Shown one piece after another: positions 48,551 through 58,268 of a stretch of DNA of 64,000 nt. A model generated the notes under the pieces. The model was not told the origin of the DNA, did no database searches, and saw only the letters and a list, made by a program, of their open reading frames with translations. The stretch comes from Pseudomonadota bacterium. Its GTDB lineage: Bacteria; Pseudomonadota; Alphaproteobacteria; Micavibrionales; UBA2020. How positions within the stretch are numbered: position 1 is the first letter of the stretch; every line of letters starts with the position of its first letter. The translations under genes were made by a program, and so were the position numbers. The stretch is taken from assembly GCA_023444705.1 (NCBI GenBank), contig JAEXMB010000095.1, forward strand, positions 762 through 64,761, written 5' to 3'.

Positions 48551-49935
48551 TCGGCGGGGTCCGCATCGCCAAGGCCGGGGGCGCGGTCAAGCATGATATC
48601 GACGTTGATGCCTTCGGGCTGGCCAACCAGAATGGTGGTCATGTGTGCAGGGTCAAGCAGGCGCTTGGCCATGTCCTGCACCTCGCCGGCGCTGACCGCA
48701 TTGATGCGCTTGGCGCGCGTCGTCAGCTCGTCCGGCGTCAGGTTGTTCAGGCGCAACGACAGCAGGACATCGGCGATGTCGCTGGTGGTGGTGAGTTCAA
48801 GCGGCAATGCGCCGATCAGGTACGACTTGGCGTCGGCCAGCTCCTGCTTGCTGACTTTCTGGGCTGCCATGCGCGCGAATTCGCTGCGGATGACGTCAAG
48901 CGCCTCGGGCGTTTTGGCGTTGCCGACAGACAGGGTCGTTTGCAGGACGTTGGCGTAATCCTGCGTCAGCAGGGTGCTGTAAATGCCATAGGTCAGGCCG
49001 CGCTTTTCGCGCACCTCCTTCATCAGGCGGCTGTCAAAGCCACCGCCGCCGAGGATATAGGCCATGACCTGTGCCGTATACCAGTCCTTGTCGGTGCGTG
49101 CGATGCCGGGCTGGGCGATGGCAATGTAGGTTTGCGGTGCGTCGACGGGCAACAGGATGGTCTTGCCTTCGTGGACGGGTGTGGCGGGCTGTCCTTGCGG
49201 GCGCGCGGCCTGTGCCGGCAGGGGGGCGAAGACCTTGGCGATCATCGCATGCGCTTCTTCCTTGGTCATGTCGCCGACGATGACGATGCTCAGCAGGTTT
49301 TGCGCGAACTGGCTTTTGACGAAATCGACAAGGTCGCGGCGGGTGATGCGCGCAATGCTCGACAGCGTGCCGCCGCCGGGCTGGCCGTAATAATGGCCTT
49401 CAAATACCATGCCATTGAAGGTCCGCGCCGACAGCCATGCGGGGTCGCCTTTGTTGGTCTTGATCTCTGCCGACAGCGCGTCTTTCATACGCGCGATGGC
49501 CTCGTCGTCAAAACGCGGTTGCGTCAGGGCAAGGGCCAGCAGGTCAAAGGCGAGGTCCTTGTGCGCGCTGGTGGTGCGCAGGCTGCCCATAAAGGCATCG
49601 CGCGCGGGGGCAAAGCCCATATAGATGGCGTTGTTGGCCAGCTGCGCCTGAAAGTCCTGGCTCTTGATGTCGCCAGCGCCTTCGTCGAGCAGGACGGAGG
49701 CCAGCTTGGCAAGGCCCGCTTTATCCTCGGGGTCGTGGATCAACCCGCCCGCAAAGGCGAACTTCATGGTGACGAGGGGCAGGCTGTGATCCTCAACCAG
49801 CCAGGCCTCGATGCCGGTGTCAGAGGTAATGCGGTCAACTTTGAAATTCGGCCCGTCTTTGGCGGCGTGCGCTGGCAGGGCAACCAGCAACAGGAAGGTA
49901 AAGGCCAGCAAGGCAGCGGTCGCGCGGATCATCAT
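48547..49935 (-). CDS. M16-family peptidase subunit lacking the HxxEH zinc motif (non-catalytic partner type)
   Basis: Signal peptide and M16 N/C domain architecture. I found no HxxEH motif. Confidence 0.85.
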   Translation of the reverse strand: MMIRATAALLAFTFLLLVALPAHAAKDGPNFKVDRITSDTGIEAWLVEDHSLPLVTMKFAFAGGLIHDPEDKAGLAKLASVLLDEGAGDIKSQDFQAQLANNAIYMGFAPARDAFMGSLRTTSAHKDLAFDLLALALTQPRFDDEAIARMKDALSAEIKTNKGDPAWLSARTFNGMVFEGHYYGQPGGGTLSSIARITRRDLVDFVKSQFAQNLLSIVIVGDMTKEEAHAMIAKVFAPLPAQAARPQGQPATPVHEGKTILLPVDAPQTYIAIAQPGIARTDKDWYTAQVMAYILGGGGFDSRLMKEVREKRGLTYGIYSTLLTQDYANVLQTTLSVGNAKTPEALDVIRSEFARMAAQKVSKQELADAKSYLIGALPLELTTTSDIADVLLSLRLNNLTPDELTTRAKRINAVSAGEVQDMAKRLLDPAHMTTILVGQPEGINVDIMLDRAPGLGDADPAE

Positions 49936-51350
49936 CGGTTCACCTCCGGCGCGGTCACGATGGGCGGTGGCGGCGCATTTGCCGCCGCAGGTTTTTTGCT
50001 GGCGCCTGATGGTGTCGTCAGAAGGCCGGTGATGGGCAGGTTTTCCGCGCGCAGGATGGTGTCGGCAGCGGCGTTGACGTCTTCGATGGTCAGCGCATTG
50101 ATGCGATCGAGCCTGTTTTGCACATAGTCGATGTCAAAGCCGCTGCACAGCGCGCGGCCAAATAGCAGGGCCGGGCCCTGCAGGCTGTCGAGGTAATAGG
50201 TGAAGCTTGCTTCCTTGCGGCTTTTGGCGGCGTTGAGTTCCTCAAGCGTCACGCCCTTGTCGCGCAGGCGCTTGATCTCGCGCTCGATGGCTTCTTCGAG
50301 CTTGGCGGGCGTGGTGTTGGGCGTGGGGCTGGCATAGACGACAAAGCTGGTGTCATTGAGGCTGATAGGGTCGTAGTTGACGCCGGCGGCGACGGCCAGC
50401 TTTTCTTCGACGACAAGCTTGCGGTACAGGCGCGAGGTTGCCGTGCCGCCGAGGATCTCGCCCAGCACATCGGCGGCGTCGCTGCCGCGCGGCGCGCGGT
50501 AGACCTTCATCACGGTGGGAATACCCGCGCGCGCGTCTTCAAGCACCAGACGCTGGGTGCTGATGACGGGGGCGGGGCGCGGGCGCTGGCGCGGCTCGAT
50601 CTCCGCCACCGGAAGGTCGCCGTAATATTTATAGGCCAGCGGCTTGAGTTCGGCAGCGGTGATGTCGCCCGCGACGATCAGGATGGCGTTGTTGGCGGCA
50701 TACCATTTCTGGTAGCTGTCAAGCGCATCCTCGCGCGTGAGTTCCTTGATCTCGTGCAGCCAGCCGATGACGGGCGTGCCGTAGGGATGGTTGATGAAGG
50801 CGGCGGCCATCATCTGTTCGTTGAACAGTGATTGCGGCTGGTTGTCCACGCGCATGTTGCGCTCCTCGATCACCACCTGGCGCTCCGACGCCACCACGGC
50901 AGGGGTGAGCTGGAGGTTGGTCATGCGGTCCGCTTCCATCTCCATCACCTTGGGCAGGTATTCACGCGCCACGTTCTGGTAGTAAGCGGTGAAGTCGTGG
51001 GAGGTGAAAGCGTTGTCGTTGCCGCCCAGTTTCTTGACGGTGGTTGAAATCGCGTTGCCGGGAAACTTTGGCGTGCCCTTGAACATCAGGTGTTCAAGGA
51101 AATGCGCGATGCCCGATTTGCCCTGCTGTTCGTCGGCGGCGCCGAATTTGTACCAGATCATATGAGAGACCACGGGGGCGCGGTGGTTTTCGATGACGAC
51201 GACCTGCAGGCCGTTTTCAAGATAAAATGTCTCGACCTCGAAGTTTTTTGCCTGTGCGGCGGCAGGGGCAAGCAACAGCAACACCAGCGCAAACATAGCG
51301 CAGGCGTGCGAAAGACGCAGGAGTGGCCTTGGTGAAAAAAGCGCGGTCAT
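49932..51350 (-). CDS. M16-family zinc peptidase (pitrilysin-like, catalytic subunit)
   Basis: HFLEHLMFKG inverted zinc motif and a signal peptide (MFALVLLLLAPAAAQA). I chose the start MTALFSP at 51350. Confidence 0.85.
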   Translation of the reverse strand: MTALFSPRPLLRLSHACAMFALVLLLLAPAAAQAKNFEVETFYLENGLQVVVIENHRAPVVSHMIWYKFGAADEQQGKSGIAHFLEHLMFKGTPKFPGNAISTTVKKLGGNDNAFTSHDFTAYYQNVAREYLPKVMEMEADRMTNLQLTPAVVASERQVVIEERNMRVDNQPQSLFNEQMMAAAFINHPYGTPVIGWLHEIKELTREDALDSYQKWYAANNAILIVAGDITAAELKPLAYKYYGDLPVAEIEPRQRPRPAPVISTQRLVLEDARAGIPTVMKVYRAPRGSDAADVLGEILGGTATSRLYRKLVVEEKLAVAAGVNYDPISLNDTSFVVYASPTPNTTPAKLEEAIEREIKRLRDKGVTLEELNAAKSRKEASFTYYLDSLQGPALLFGRALCSGFDIDYVQNRLDRINALTIEDVNAAADTILRAENLPITGLLTTPSGASKKPAAANAPPPPIVTAPEVNR

Positions 51351-51397
51351 GGTAAGCTCTGGTGGATGATCACCTGTGTAGCAGAAATGGTTGAAAA

Positions 51398-51796
51398 ATG
51401 AAAGAAAACAAGCGCCAAACCGTGAAAAAGCCCGCCCGCAAAGCAAAGGCTGTGGATAACACGGCGGATGTTCTGGATGATTTGCGCGCCCATTTGCGCC
51501 CGTTTCGCGGCAAGATCGACGCGCTGGATGATAAAATCATGGCGCTTTTGGCTAAACGCTTTGCCATTGTGCGCGCGGTCGGCGAACTCAAGGCTGCGCA
51601 TAATTTTCCCTCCTATATCAGCGACCGGGTGGTGCAGGTACGCGAGCGCAACGCCGCAACCGGTAAGAAATATGGAATTGATCCCGATTTCGTGCGCATG
51701 CTCTATAGCCTGATCATCTATCAGTCGTGTGCCGAGGAAGACATCATCAAGCACGCACAACGCACCAAGCGCGCCAAGGCCAAGAAGCAGAAATAA
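51398..51796 (+). CDS. Chorismate mutase (AroQ class) with a basic N-terminal tail
   Basis: LRPFRGKIDALDDKIMALLAKRFAIVRAVGELK... and RERNA... match the AroQ helical CM pattern. Confidence 0.8.
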   Translation: MKENKRQTVKKPARKAKAVDNTADVLDDLRAHLRPFRGKIDALDDKIMALLAKRFAIVRAVGELKAAHNFPSYISDRVVQVRERNAATGKKYGIDPDFVRMLYSLIIYQSCAEEDIIKHAQRTKRAKAKKQK

Positions 51797-53124
51797 TGGA
51801 ACACGACGTCAGCGATAGCGCGGGACTGGCCGCGCGCCGCGTCGCCTATGCGGCGCTCAACGATATTTTCTACCGCAAGCGCAGTCTTGACGAAGTGTTC
51901 GATGCGCGTGCGCAGACGGGGCAGGATTTCGCCGTGCTGGAGCCGCGCGACCGCGCCTTCGTGCGCCTGCTGGTCAGTGTCGTGCTGAAACGCGCCAACG
52001 AATTTGATGCGCATCTGGCAACTTTGCTGCATGAGCCGCTTGAGGCGCTCGCACCAGCGCAGATGCTGACGATTTTCCGTCTTGGCATGGCGCAGCTCTG
52101 CATTCTCAAAACGCCCGCGCATGCGGTGGTCGATACCTGTGTTGAACTGGCGGCGGCAGAAGGCATCGCGCACCACAAATCGCTGGTCAATGCGGTGATG
52201 CGCCGTCTGGTGCGTGAAGGCTATACGCCGCTTGACGACCGCGATGCGGGCCGCGCGATGCTGCCTGACTGGTTGTGGCAGGAATGGGTGCGCGATTACG
52301 GTGTTGAAACGTCCCTTGATATGGCGGCGTCGCTGCTTGATGACGCGCCAGTCGATTTTACCTTGCGCGACAATGCGGCGGAAAACGTCGAGGTCTGGGC
52401 GCAGGCCTTGCAGGCGCAGATTTTGCCGACAGGCAGTTTGCGCAAATCATCCGGCGGTTTTATTCCCTCGCTGGCAGGGTTTGATGAAGGTGCATGGTGG
52501 GTGCAAAATGCTGCGGCCGCCATTCCGGCCAAGCTACTTGATCTCAAGGGTGGCATGACGGTGGTCGATTTATGTGCTGCGCCCGGCGGCAAGACCGCGC
52601 AACTGGCTACGGCGGGCGCGCAGGTGATTGCGCTTGACCGCTCCGCCCCGCGCATGAAGCGGCTGGATGAAAATATGGCGCGGCTGAAGCTTGATGTGAA
52701 AACCGTCGTCGCCGATGGTGCCGTGTGGCAACCCGACGCTCTTGTCGATGCCGTGTTGCTCGATGCGCCGTGTTCCGCCACGGGTACTTTGCGCCACCAG
52801 CCCGATGCGCTGTGGCTCAAACAACCCGCCGATCAGGTGAAACTTGCAGCCCTGCAGTCGCGTCTGCTGGATAACGCATGGACAATGCTGCGCGCAGGCG
52901 GGGTGCTGGTGTATTGCACATGCTCCCTGCAAAAGGCGGAGGGCGAGCATCAGGTCGACGCTTTCCTTGCGCGCACGCCAAATGCCGAACGCGTGGCGCT
53001 GAGTGCCGCAGGGCTTGAAATGGCCGTCACCGCGCAAGGCGATCTGCGTATCCTGCCCCATTACTGGCGCGAGAGCGGCGGCCTTGACGGCTTCTATATC
53101 GCCTGCCTGCGCAAAGTTGCCTAA
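51796..53124 (+). CDS. rsmB: 16S rRNA (cytosine-C5)-methyltransferase RsmB/Sun family
   Basis: NusB-like N-terminal domain, SAM motif DLCAAPGGKT, and catalytic DAPCSATG and YCTCSL motifs. The start overlaps the chorismate mutase stop (TAATG). Confidence 0.85.
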   Translation: MEHDVSDSAGLAARRVAYAALNDIFYRKRSLDEVFDARAQTGQDFAVLEPRDRAFVRLLVSVVLKRANEFDAHLATLLHEPLEALAPAQMLTIFRLGMAQLCILKTPAHAVVDTCVELAAAEGIAHHKSLVNAVMRRLVREGYTPLDDRDAGRAMLPDWLWQEWVRDYGVETSLDMAASLLDDAPVDFTLRDNAAENVEVWAQALQAQILPTGSLRKSSGGFIPSLAGFDEGAWWVQNAAAAIPAKLLDLKGGMTVVDLCAAPGGKTAQLATAGAQVIALDRSAPRMKRLDENMARLKLDVKTVVADGAVWQPDALVDAVLLDAPCSATGTLRHQPDALWLKQPADQVKLAALQSRLLDNAWTMLRAGGVLVYCTCSLQKAEGEHQVDAFLARTPNAERVALSAAGLEMAVTAQGDLRILPHYWRESGGLDGFYIACLRKVA

Positions 53125-53196
53125 ACCTATGGGCAGTCTGCAACTTTTGTTCAAATAGGCGTTGCCCGATTCGCGGGCAGGTGTTATAAATGCCTT

Positions 53197-53856
53197 ATGA
53201 GTCAACGGGTTCGCATAGCTCCATCCATCCTGAGTGCCGATTTCTCCCAGTTAGGGGCTGAAATTGCGGCCATTGATGCTGCGGGTGCGGATTACATACA
53301 TCTGGATGTCATGGACGGCCACTTCGTGCCCAACATCACCTTCGGCGCGCCCGTGATCGCGCACCTGCGCAAGACCACCCAAAAGATTTTCGATGTCCAC
53401 CTGATGATCTCGCCGGTCGATGCCTTTATCGAGGACTTTGCCAAGGCGGGGGCGGACATTATTACGGTTCATCCCGAGGCCGGCCCGCACGTGCATCGCA
53501 CCGTGCAACTGATCAAGTCGCTCGGCAAGAAGGCGGGGGTTGCGCTCAACCCCGCAACGCCCGTGGATGTCCTCGACCATCTGATGCAAGACGTCGACCT
53601 TATTCTGGTCATGACCGTCAACCCCGGCTTCGGGGGGCAAAAGTTTATTCCGCTGCTCGATAAAATACAGGCGGTCCGCGAACGTATCTCGCGTTGCGGA
53701 CGGGCAATCGACCTGCAGGTCGACGGCGGCATAACGGCTGAAACCGCACCACAGGCCATACAGGCGGGGGCTGATGTCCTTGTGGCGGGAACAGCTGTCT
53801 TCAAGGAGAAAGACTACGCGCAGGCAATCCAACGATTGCGCGGGGTTACGGGGTAA
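53197..53856 (+). CDS. rpe: Ribulose-phosphate 3-epimerase
   Basis: [10 protein letters not shown]..., [29 protein letters not shown]. Confidence 0.95.
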   Translation: MSQRVRIAPSILSADFSQLGAEIAAIDAAGADYIHLDVMDGHFVPNITFGAPVIAHLRKTTQKIFDVHLMISPVDAFIEDFAKAGADIITVHPEAGPHVHRTVQLIKSLGKKAGVALNPATPVDVLDHLMQDVDLILVMTVNPGFGGQKFIPLLDKIQAVRERISRCGRAIDLQVDGGITAETAPQAIQAGADVLVAGTAVFKEKDYAQAIQRLRGVTG

Positions 53857-53974
53857 ACCTCTTGCGCGACTTTCGCTTTTGAAACGGACAGGCGGCGGTG
53901 ATAGAGGGTGTGAGAGTTATCATGTAAGCGGATGAAAAGCCGCGCATGAAGGGGCACTGGGGATCTAAGGTTTA

Positions 53975-55642
53975 ATGGCAAATCTCGCCGACATCGGGTT
54001 AGTATATAAGGGGATTCGTCCGCTGCAAAAGCTGGGCGCGCAGGCGCGCGACCTGGCGGAAACCCTGAACTACCCGCTCAAGCGCATTCGCGAGGAAGCG
54101 CCGCGCCATCTGCTGGTCGTGCCGCCCGATCCGTGGGCGGGGGACTCCCAGCGCGGGCGCGACATGATCGCGGGCATTTTCCGTTTCGGCGGGCAGACCA
54201 TCGCGCGCGACAGCCTGTCGTGGGAGCCGCTGGGGGCCAAGCCCGAATGGCTGTACGACCTGCACAGTTTTGAATTTTTGCGCGACCTGCGCTCGGTCGG
54301 TGGCGACCGCGCACGACGCATGGCGCGCGAGATGGTGGCCAGCTGGCTCGATCATTACGTGAAACTCAGCGGCCCGACCGCGCGTCCTGACATCATCGGC
54401 GTGCGCCTGTCGAGCTGGATGTCCTTCCACGATTTCTTCTGCGCCTCGGCCGACGATACATTCCGCGAAAGCTATTTCATCAGCCTTGTGCGTCAGGCGA
54501 AATACCTGCAACGCGTTCTGCCCGGTCACCTGACAGGCATTTCGCTGATGCGCGCGCTCAAGGGGCTGGCTTATAGCGGCCTTGCGCTCGAAGGCGGGGA
54601 GGAGCGTCTGGAAAGCGCCTTCCGCCTGATCCTGCGCGAAATCCGCGATCAGATCCTGCCCGACGGTTGCCATGTCAGTCGCAACCCGCAATCGACCTTT
54701 GAATTTTTGCAAATCCTTGTCGATCTGCGCACGGCGCTCAACGCCGCGCGCCTGCCCATGCCGGATGAACTGCAACACGCCATCGACCGCATCGCGCCCG
54801 CCGTCAAGTTCTTCCGCCACGGCTGCGGGGCGCTGGCGCATTTCAACGGCGCGCAGGAAGGCAACCCGCATATCTGCGACGCCACGCTGATGCATTCGGG
54901 CGCGCGCGGCAAGGCGATGAAATCGCTGCCGCACGGCGGTTTTGACAAGATCTATCAGGGCCGCGCGCAAGTGCTGATGGACATCGGCCTGCCGCCCACC
55001 GCACCGAAATACAGCGAGCGCGCCCATGCGGGCCTGCTGTCGTTTGAATACAGCTACGGCAAGGACCGCGTGTTCGTGAACTGCGGCTCGTCGCCGCTCA
55101 AGGGCACATGGCGCGACATGCTGCGCACCACGGCCGCACATACCGCGCTGGTGGTTGATTGTCGCAATATCTTCCAGCTCGACGACAAGGGCCAATTGAC
55201 CGAAAAGGTCGAGCTGACCCACCGCAAGAGCGAAGATACGCGCGTGGCTTTGCTCGAGGCGTCGCATACCGGCTATCGCACACGCCTTGGCCTGATGCAC
55301 CGCCGCCGCCTGTGCCTGACCGACAATGGCGATGTGCTGTCGGGCGAGGATACGCTGGCCGGCCGCAGCGGCGTCCCCTATACCTTGCGCTTTCACCTGC
55401 ATCCCGCCATTCAGGCTTCGCTGGTGCAGGAGGGGAGCGAAGTGTTGTTGCGCGCGCGCAGCGGCATGGGCTGGCGCTTTACCGCACCCGGCGCCACGCT
55501 GGCGCTTGAGGAAAGCGTGCATGTGTCCTGCGGCGAAGCGCCGCGCCGCACCTTGCAGATCGTCATCAGCGGCGTGACCGCGAGCGAGAACGACCTGCGC
55601 GCCTGGGAGCTGAAGCGCGAGAAACTGGCGCCGTCCGCCTAA
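53975..55642 (+). CDS. Heparinase II/III-like family protein (conserved alphaproteobacterial)
   Basis: 555 aa, with the pattern DG.H.SRNP....L..L..L, then a HADAGSF-like stretch (AHAGLLSFEY). This is a motif-level call. Confidence 0.7.
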   Translation: MANLADIGLVYKGIRPLQKLGAQARDLAETLNYPLKRIREEAPRHLLVVPPDPWAGDSQRGRDMIAGIFRFGGQTIARDSLSWEPLGAKPEWLYDLHSFEFLRDLRSVGGDRARRMAREMVASWLDHYVKLSGPTARPDIIGVRLSSWMSFHDFFCASADDTFRESYFISLVRQAKYLQRVLPGHLTGISLMRALKGLAYSGLALEGGEERLESAFRLILREIRDQILPDGCHVSRNPQSTFEFLQILVDLRTALNAARLPMPDELQHAIDRIAPAVKFFRHGCGALAHFNGAQEGNPHICDATLMHSGARGKAMKSLPHGGFDKIYQGRAQVLMDIGLPPTAPKYSERAHAGLLSFEYSYGKDRVFVNCGSSPLKGTWRDMLRTTAAHTALVVDCRNIFQLDDKGQLTEKVELTHRKSEDTRVALLEASHTGYRTRLGLMHRRRLCLTDNGDVLSGEDTLAGRSGVPYTLRFHLHPAIQASLVQEGSEVLLRARSGMGWRFTAPGATLALEESVHVSCGEAPRRTLQIVISGVTASENDLRAWELKREKLAPSA

Positions 55643-55707
55643 TACACTGAAATAATTATAAAATCCGCCTTCATTGTTCCTTTACATATATATGGGACAA
55701 TGGCCGC

Positions 55708-56466
55708 ATGGAAATTCCGTCCGCCCATATCCAGCCCGCGCAGACCGAGCCTTTGTCCGTGACCGAGGCGGTGGCGCTGTTTGACCGCCTTGCCAATATG
55801 GACCATCTGGCTTTCGACTGGGCGAAAGAGGGGTGTTATGCCCGCGCGCATCTGATGTGCCGCGAGATACAGGACCACGGCCATATGCCCTCCAAGGCCT
55901 GGGCCTTTGAGCGCGACGGCGGCAAGCTGAGCCTCTCCACGCCCGAAAAAGGTATTGTCGAGTGGTGGTACCACGTCGCACCCGCCTTGCCCGTGCAGCG
56001 TGCCAGTGGCGAGGTGCAAATCTGCGTTTTCGATCCCGCGATCTTTGACGGGCCCGTACCCTTGGAGCAGTGGTCGCGTACCTTCGGCGGCCGGGCAGAG
56101 GAAACCTATGTCGCCGCCTTTGGCGTCGGGCCTGACGGTTCGCGCAGCGATTACCGCCCCGCCGATACCCGCGCGGGCTTTGAATGGAAAGGCATGCCCA
56201 CCGACGATACGACCGATGCCGATGCGGAACAGGTGGTCATCGCCAACCTCGGCATCATCAAAAAATACGGCGTCACGCCGCGCGTGGTTTACAGTACCGA
56301 AATCCGTGCGGAGGCCGAGGCCGCCTTTGGCCGCGCGCTGCCCAAGGAAGGCGCGCGCTGGGTGGCAATGCCCTTGCATCAGGCGCGCGAGGACGATAAT
56401 CATGAGATGGTCGCAAGGCTGACAGACAACATAGCCCCGACACCGCCACCTGTCAGAAAGGGATAG
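55708..56466 (+). CDS. Protein-glutaminase-like Cys-His-Asp (papain-fold) deamidase homologue with no signal peptide and an unknown C-terminal half
   Basis: EGC43YARAHLM / WWYH89VA / VFD109PAIF compare with the Chryseobacterium protein-glutaminase motifs DGCYARAHKM / WSYHVA / IIDPSLF. The codons are at 55834-36, 55972-74 and 56032-34. Confidence 0.7.
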   Translation: MEIPSAHIQPAQTEPLSVTEAVALFDRLANMDHLAFDWAKEGCYARAHLMCREIQDHGHMPSKAWAFERDGGKLSLSTPEKGIVEWWYHVAPALPVQRASGEVQICVFDPAIFDGPVPLEQWSRTFGGRAEETYVAAFGVGPDGSRSDYRPADTRAGFEWKGMPTDDTTDADAEQVVIANLGIIKKYGVTPRVVYSTEIRAEAEAAFGRALPKEGARWVAMPLHQAREDDNHEMVARLTDNIAPTPPPVRKG

Positions 56467-56472
56467 CGTTTC

Positions 56473-56676
56473 ATGATCAAAAGCACTGCCCGCATCCGCC
56501 GCATCATCGAGGAAAACGGCAAGACGCTTGTATCGTTTGACCGTCACGATGCGTACTTCCACGCCGAAGGCGACGTCGCCAAGGCCCTGCGTCAGGCGGA
56601 AGAACTGGGGCTGGTCGTGCATTTCACGTATGACGCCGATTTGAAAATTCTCGGTGTTGTGGCGCACAATCAATAA
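56473..56676 (+). CDS. Small hypothetical protein (67 aa) coupled to the deamidase-like gene
   Basis: The ATG lies 6 nt after the upstream TAG. The frame looks coding, and I recognise no family. Confidence 0.45.
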   Translation: MIKSTARIRRIIEENGKTLVSFDRHDAYFHAEGDVAKALRQAEELGLVVHFTYDADLKILGVVAHNQ

Positions 56677-56791
56677 TCTTTTCAATGCGATATTTATCGG
56701 CTGCGGGGGCTATCACAGGCCTCTGGCGTGAGCTATATTAAGCGGGTTCTTTTACCGCACGTTTATTCACGCGAGTCCGGAGGCTTTAGCC

Positions 56792-58264
56792 ATGTCCAAA
56801 CCCAGTGCCACCCCTGTATCCACCGCCATCACCACGCCCGTCACCAATCCCGCGACCGGTGAAAAACTGTATGATGTGATCCATGCGCTGCCGACCGAAG
56901 TCGATGCCGCCGTCGCGCGCGCCAAAAAAGCCTTCCAGGGCTGGAGCCGCGAAACCCCGCTGAAGCGCTCGCGCGTCATGTTCCGTTTCCTTGAGTTGCT
57001 CAACCGTCACCGCGACGAGCTGGCGGGCATCATCACCCGCGAACACGGCAAGACGATCGAAGACGCGCACGGCGAAGTACAGCGCGGCCTTGAGGTTGTC
57101 GAGTTCGTTTGCGGCATGCCGCATCTGCTCAAGGGCGAGTTCACCGAAAACGTCGGCACCGGTGTCGATGGTTACACCGTGCGCCAGCCGCTGGGTATCG
57201 TTGCGGGCATCACGCCTTTCAACTTCCCCGCCATGATCCCGCTGTGGCTGTTCCCCGTGGCTGTTGGTTGCGGCAACTGCTTTATCCTCAAGCCGTCGGA
57301 AGTCGATCCGGGTGCGGGCGAATTCATCAAGCGCCTGTTCGAGGAAGCGGGCGCGCCCGAAGGTGTCCTGCAAGTCGTCAACGGCGGCAAGGATGTGGTT
57401 GACGCCATCCTTCATCACCCCGATATCGCGGCGGTCAGCTTCGTCGGCTCGACCCCCGTTGCGCAATACGTTCACCAGACCGCCAGCCAGAACGGCAAGC
57501 GTGTGCAGGCGCTGGGCGGTGCGAAAAACCACATGGTCATTATGCCCGACGCGCCGATGGAGCAAGTCGTCGAAGCGCTGATGGGTGCGGCGTATGGTTC
57601 GGCCGGCGAGCGTTGCATGGCAATTTCCGTCGCTGTTCCCGTCGGCAAAGAGACCGCCGACCGCCTGATCGCCGCGCTGAAAGAGCGTGTCAATACCATC
57701 AAGATCGGCCCCGGTACTGAAAAGGGCATGGATATGGGCCCGCTGGTCAGCCGCAGGCATCTTGATAAGGTCTGCGCCTATGTCGAAGCCGGCACCAAAG
57801 AAGGCGCGACCCTTGTGGTCGATGGCCGCGAGGCGCCCGTGGCGAAAGAAGGCAAGGGCTATTTCCTCGGCGGTTGCCTGTTTGACAATGTCACGCCGGA
57901 TATGAAGATCTATCAGGAAGAAATCTTTGGCCCCGTGCTGTCGGTGGTGCGCGCGGACAGCTACGCCGATGCGTGCAAGCTGGTCGACGAACATCCGTTT
58001 GGCAACGGCGTTGCGATCTTCACCCGTGATGGCGGCGTGGCGCGCGACTTCGCGCAGCGCATCCAGACCGGCATGGTCGGCATCAATGTGCCGATCCCCG
58101 TGCCGATGGCCTTCCACAGCTTCGGCGGCTGGAAGCGTTCGCTGTTCGGAGATGTGCATATGTACGGCGTCGAAGGTGTGCGCTTTTACACCCGCATGAA
58201 GGCCGTGACCGCGCGCTGGCCCGAAAGCGTGCAGGCCGAATTCACCATGCCGGTATCGAAGTAA
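56792..58264 (+). CDS. mmsA: Methylmalonate-semialdehyde dehydrogenase (CoA-acylating)
   Basis: ALDH family with the MMSDH-type catalytic loop GERCMAIS, plus FPAMIPLW and the N-terminal [12 protein letters not shown]. Confidence 0.9.
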   Translation: MSKPSATPVSTAITTPVTNPATGEKLYDVIHALPTEVDAAVARAKKAFQGWSRETPLKRSRVMFRFLELLNRHRDELAGIITREHGKTIEDAHGEVQRGLEVVEFVCGMPHLLKGEFTENVGTGVDGYTVRQPLGIVAGITPFNFPAMIPLWLFPVAVGCGNCFILKPSEVDPGAGEFIKRLFEEAGAPEGVLQVVNGGKDVVDAILHHPDIAAVSFVGSTPVAQYVHQTASQNGKRVQALGGAKNHMVIMPDAPMEQVVEALMGAAYGSAGERCMAISVAVPVGKETADRLIAALKERVNTIKIGPGTEKGMDMGPLVSRRHLDKVCAYVEAGTKEGATLVVDGREAPVAKEGKGYFLGGCLFDNVTPDMKIYQEEIFGPVLSVVRADSYADACKLVDEHPFGNGVAIFTRDGGVARDFAQRIQTGMVGINVPIPVPMAFHSFGGWKRSLFGDVHMYGVEGVRFYTRMKAVTARWPESVQAEFTMPVSK

Positions 58265-58268
58265 GCTG

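Noticed and set aside
53999-55522. 507-aa minus-strand ORF
   Set aside because: It is antisense to the heparinase II/III-like gene. Its composition is that of a shadow frame. The plus-strand frame carries the family-like motifs and a sensible start.
55639-56685. 348-aa minus-strand ORF spanning the deamidase-like cassette
   Set aside because: The plus-strand frame carries the aligned Cys/His/Asp motifs and a coupled downstream ORF. The minus frame has no recognisable features.
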